Origin: Ascoidea asiatica JCM 7603
Lineage: Eukaryota > Fungi > Ascomycota
DNA: 64,000 bases
Reading direction: 5' to 3'
NCBI GenBank assembly: GCA_001600695.1
Contig: BCKQ01000006.1
Coordinates: 1,089,197-1,153,196 of the forward strand
How positions within the stretch are numbered: the first letter of the stretch is position 1; each line of letters starts with the position of its first letter. The notes beneath the pieces were generated by a model that was given only the letters and a program-made list of their open reading frames with translations, was not told the origin of the DNA and did no database searches. Positions 60,395 to 64,000 of the stretch are shown here, in pieces. The position numbers and the translations under genes are program-made.

Positions 60395-63244
60395 ATGGTT
60401 TCTCCCGTTTCTCATAAATCTCAGGCTCATTTTCAATTAAACAATCTCAATCTCATTAATAAAACAATCAACACTAATACTAATAGTAATACTGATAGTA
60501 ATTTCAAGAATATGGAAGAACAACTACACTCTCAAACTAATATTATCAATAATAATAACAATATTAATAATAATAATAGTAGTAGTAGTATTACTAATAA
60601 TAATAATAATAATACCCAAAATACCTCTGGAGATATTAGTAAATATTCCCCTTCTAATTCAAATAAATCTTCAACTCCTCGTTCAATTCAACATCCTCCT
60701 CATAAAAATTATTCAAGTTTTAGCAATTCAATAATAACTCAATCTCCTCCAACAAATCAATCTTCAATTAGAAATCCGAGTAATCCAAATTCAGTACCTT
60801 CAACCCCAAATAATAAAGAAAAATTTGATCTAAGTTTAAATACTTTTGATGATTCTTCAACTAAAAGATCTGGTCTAAAACAAACTTCTTTAGAAAAAGT
60901 AATAAAGCCTGGTAGAAGGTATAAACCTGTTGGTTCACTTTCAACTATTGCAACAAATCTGATTCCTAATTCGAATATCAATCAAAATCAAAATCAAAAT
61001 CAAAATTTTCCTCAGCCTTTGAATCTAAATCAACATACAATGTCACATCCAAGTCAACACTCAAATATAAATATGAATATGAACCCCAATATGAATTTTA
61101 GTAGAATAACTAGTATGTCTTCAAATCAAAATCAGTCGACTTCGCAACTGCAAATGCCTAACCAAATGCAAAATTATAACAACAATAGTAATAATGGTGT
61201 TCCTCCTCCACCTCCTCTTCCTCTACCCCTTCCTTCTTCAAACATGTCAAGACAGGGCGCTCCTCCTCCAGTAACTAGATATACTGGCCCTCCTTTGAAT
61301 ATAATGCCTATAAAAAATGCATCAAATCAATCATACTCTCAGCCATACTCCCCAATAACTCCGTTTACTCCAAATAGAAAAAATTTTCCAATTCCTATAC
61401 AAATTAATCATCGTAATAATTCAAATCAAAATTTTAATCAAGCTTATCATTCAAATAATTCAAATCATAGCATTTCTATCATTCATAATCATAATAATAG
61501 TGATAATAGTACCAAGAGTAATAGAGTTGAATTTAATTCAATTAATGAAGATCACATCAAAGAAATTTCAAACTTAAAGTCTGAAATTGAAAAATTAAAT
61601 CAATTAATTCTTGATAAAAATTCTTTGATCAAAACTCAAGAAGAAAAATATAATCATAATATTGAAGAAAAAGAAAAACAATATAAATTAAACTTGAAAG
61701 AACATGAAAAAGAATTTAATGAAAGACTTGAAAATAATGATGAATCTTTCAATTTAAAAATTAAACAAAAAAATAATGAGATTGAAAAATTAAAAAAAGA
61801 TATTATCAATAATACTTCAAAAGCTAAATTGAAAAGAATGACAACTCAAACGTTTTCAAGAATTGAACCTAATAGACATAAAAACAATGAAAATAAATCG
61901 TCTCAAGAATTATTAGAACAAATTGCGTTATTAGAAAAACATAATAAATTATTAAAAACAGATTTGGCTTATAAAAACAAGGAAATGCTCAAAAAGATTA
62001 ATGAAGTTAATAATATTAAAATCAAATTAAATAATCTCAAAATTAATATGAAATCAGCTGATATCACAATCAATCAATTAGAAATTGATCATCATAGAGC
62101 TAAACAAGAATTGAGCTCAAAAAATCTTTTAGTTTCAAATCTTGAAAATAAGTTATCAAATTTTATTAATCTAAATTTGGATGACTATAATAATATTGAA
62201 GAAAAACTAACAGATATTTATTATTTTTTTGAATTTTTTATTAAATCTGCAACAAAATTCTTAAACTATGCGTTTATGAAAGAAATTTATAATTTAATAT
62301 CACATAAAAGTTTTTCATCATTTTCTTCAACAGATCAAAGAAACAGAAAATTCACTGGTCCTCATAATTCATATGATTCTGATGACATAGTGATAGACAA
62401 GGAACTAGAAACTATGAAATTGAAGTTATCAATGATGCAATTTGATCAAAGATTGGTTGATATATTCAAGGAAGTTTCAACTAAATTAGAAATTAACTCG
62501 CCCCAATCATCTACTTCATCTTCGAACTCATCAACTGATAACTCATTATTTACAACAAATTCAAATATCAATTCTAATAGCAGAAATAGCAGCTCAAATA
62601 TTAATTCAAACCCTAACTCAAACTCAAGTTCAAATATTATTTCACCTACAAGTTCTCAATCAACTCTTGATTATTCTAGATTAAAAACATTCAATCAAAA
62701 AATGAAAGATACCAGAAGAACAAACACAATAAGTGTTCGTAATTATAATAAAAGTTTTAATCAAAATCTAAATAGTAAAAAAGCGTCATTTAGAAATTCC
62801 AGTATTAACTTAAATATTGTAAAAGGAAGTAATAATTTATTAAGTTCTAAAAATATTATGACAAACGAATTAGCTAAGTTATCAAATGATGATTTGTTAA
62901 AAATAGCACTAAATGATCTAAAACTTGAATTTCAAACACATGCAGACAAAAATTTTTCAAAATTAAGCTTATTGCAAAAAGCATTGGAGCAAGAAAGAAT
63001 GTTACTACAAAAATTAATACAATCGAAGACCATAAGTGAAGAAGAAAGGAAAAAAGCAAAAGCTCTACTAAAATGTAGAAAGGAGGATAATGAAAATATT
63101 AAATCAAAAAACAACAAATCAATTAAAAAGAAATCATCTTCAAATTATGGTTCATTAGATGCTCGAAAAGGATTGAATTTAATATCAATTGTACCTTGTA
63201 AATTTATCCCTCCTGTTATATCTTCTACTGCTATTAAAGTGTAA
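60395..63244 (+). CDS. Hypothetical protein: Asn/Pro-rich N-terminus with long coiled coils
   Basis: 949-aa open frame with heptad-like K/E/L/N-rich segments at aa ~385-590 and near the C-terminus. No family recognised. Confidence 0.75.
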   Translation: MVSPVSHKSQAHFQLNNLNLINKTINTNTNSNTDSNFKNMEEQLHSQTNIINNNNNINNNNSSSSITNNNNNNTQNTSGDISKYSPSNSNKSSTPRSIQHPPHKNYSSFSNSIITQSPPTNQSSIRNPSNPNSVPSTPNNKEKFDLSLNTFDDSSTKRSGLKQTSLEKVIKPGRRYKPVGSLSTIATNLIPNSNINQNQNQNQNFPQPLNLNQHTMSHPSQHSNINMNMNPNMNFSRITSMSSNQNQSTSQLQMPNQMQNYNNNSNNGVPPPPPLPLPLPSSNMSRQGAPPPVTRYTGPPLNIMPIKNASNQSYSQPYSPITPFTPNRKNFPIPIQINHRNNSNQNFNQAYHSNNSNHSISIIHNHNNSDNSTKSNRVEFNSINEDHIKEISNLKSEIEKLNQLILDKNSLIKTQEEKYNHNIEEKEKQYKLNLKEHEKEFNERLENNDESFNLKIKQKNNEIEKLKKDIINNTSKAKLKRMTTQTFSRIEPNRHKNNENKSSQELLEQIALLEKHNKLLKTDLAYKNKEMLKKINEVNNIKIKLNNLKINMKSADITINQLEIDHHRAKQELSSKNLLVSNLENKLSNFINLNLDDYNNIEEKLTDIYYFFEFFIKSATKFLNYAFMKEIYNLISHKSFSSFSSTDQRNRKFTGPHNSYDSDDIVIDKELETMKLKLSMMQFDQRLVDIFKEVSTKLEINSPQSSTSSSNSSTDNSLFTTNSNINSNSRNSSSNINSNPNSNSSSNIISPTSSQSTLDYSRLKTFNQKMKDTRRTNTISVRNYNKSFNQNLNSKKASFRNSSINLNIVKGSNNLLSSKNIMTNELAKLSNDDLLKIALNDLKLEFQTHADKNFSKLSLLQKALEQERMLLQKLIQSKTISEEERKKAKALLKCRKEDNENIKSKNNKSIKKKSSSNYGSLDARKGLNLISIVPCKFIPPVISSTAIKV

Positions 63245-63656
63245 AAAGAAGTTTTTGTTTTTATCAATTTTGTTAATGTTATAGATGCCAAATTATAAAT
63301 TATAAATTAAAGATTATAAATTATAAACTATAGATCACAAATTATAAAATATTGAATATGAGATATAAACCATAAATGATAAATGATAACTTGTACTAAG
63401 GATTGTACTGTTGATTCTAATAGTGATTCTGATGATAATCATTTGAAAATTATATGATAATAAATGTAAAGATAATTATATGATATTAATTCTAAAAATA
63501 ATTATTAAAAAAGTCAAGGCTTTATGGTGTCTGTGGATGATTTGACTATACAAATTGAAAGATTTTGTATTTTTATTGCTAAGTCCCACCCTTTTCTATT
63601 TTTCCGACCCCGAATAAATTTCACATCACCTGCCTTGTAAACTTTTCCTTTCCGCG

Positions 63657-63892
63657 CTGATTGTAGTTCGAACGAAATATCTAATTATTACTAAGAAGAT
63701 ATCTAATTCAAATTATAAACAATTGTTAATTAAAATATAAAATATATAGAAATTATATAAAAAATATGGGAGGTAAGTGCCCTATTTATATTAGTGGAAA
63801 ATAGGAGCGGGTAACCCAGCTTAAGAATAAATTTGTAAATTTAGTATGTGAAAGTTCACTTCCCATACTTAAGAAAAGAAATAAAATAAAGT
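63657..63892 (-). mobile_element. Second, inverted copy of the 31-kb LTR/MITE-like repeat; probably continues past the window
   Basis: Near-identical reverse complement of 31072-31289, with an extra ~18 bp (CGGGTAACCCAGCTTAAG). Confidence 0.75.
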
Positions 63893-64000
63893 TGGATGAC
63901 AGTTGATGTCGGATGACAGTTGATGTTGGATGACAGTTGATGTTGGATGACAGTTGATGTTGGATGACAGTTGATGTTGGATGACAGTTGATGTTGGATG
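63891..64000 (+). repeat. 17-bp tandem array GTTGGATGACAGTTGAT, at least 6.5 copies, open at window end
   Basis: Read directly; one variant copy has GTCGG. Confidence 0.95.

Noticed and set aside
63891-64000. CRISPR-like array
   Set aside because: Head-to-tail units without spacers, in a eukaryotic context.

Overview
AT-rich budding-yeast (Saccharomycotina) nuclear DNA with many poly-Asn tracts. The style is reminiscent of Ascoidea, but the species cannot be established from this window. It holds about 18 genes: the 5' part of TPS2, SMF1, a divergent PQ-loop protein, DOT6/TOD6, SAS3, PIN4, SED5, PPQ1, a HAL9/MRR1-like Zn2Cys6 factor, SEF1, PRX1, a C2H2 finger protein, TPT1, intron-containing MZM1, CWC25, COQ6, CKB1, an SP-RING-like protein and an orphan coiled-coil protein. 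There is also a CDC55 pseudogene. A complete but decayed 7.1-kb Ty1/copia LTR retrotransposon lies at 10576-17694, with ~895-bp LTRs, an AGATC target-site duplication and a tRNA-iMet PBS; it appears to carry two different Gag N-termini. A second repeat family (solo-LTR/MITE-like) is present twice in inverted orientation, and one copy runs into a 17-bp tandem array at the window end. The most unusual items are (1) a Siz/PIAS-type SP-RING domain split by a ~500-aa in-frame insert, (2) the double-gag retroelement, (3) the CDC55 pseudogene and (4) the LTR-like repeat with its telomere-like 17-mer array.
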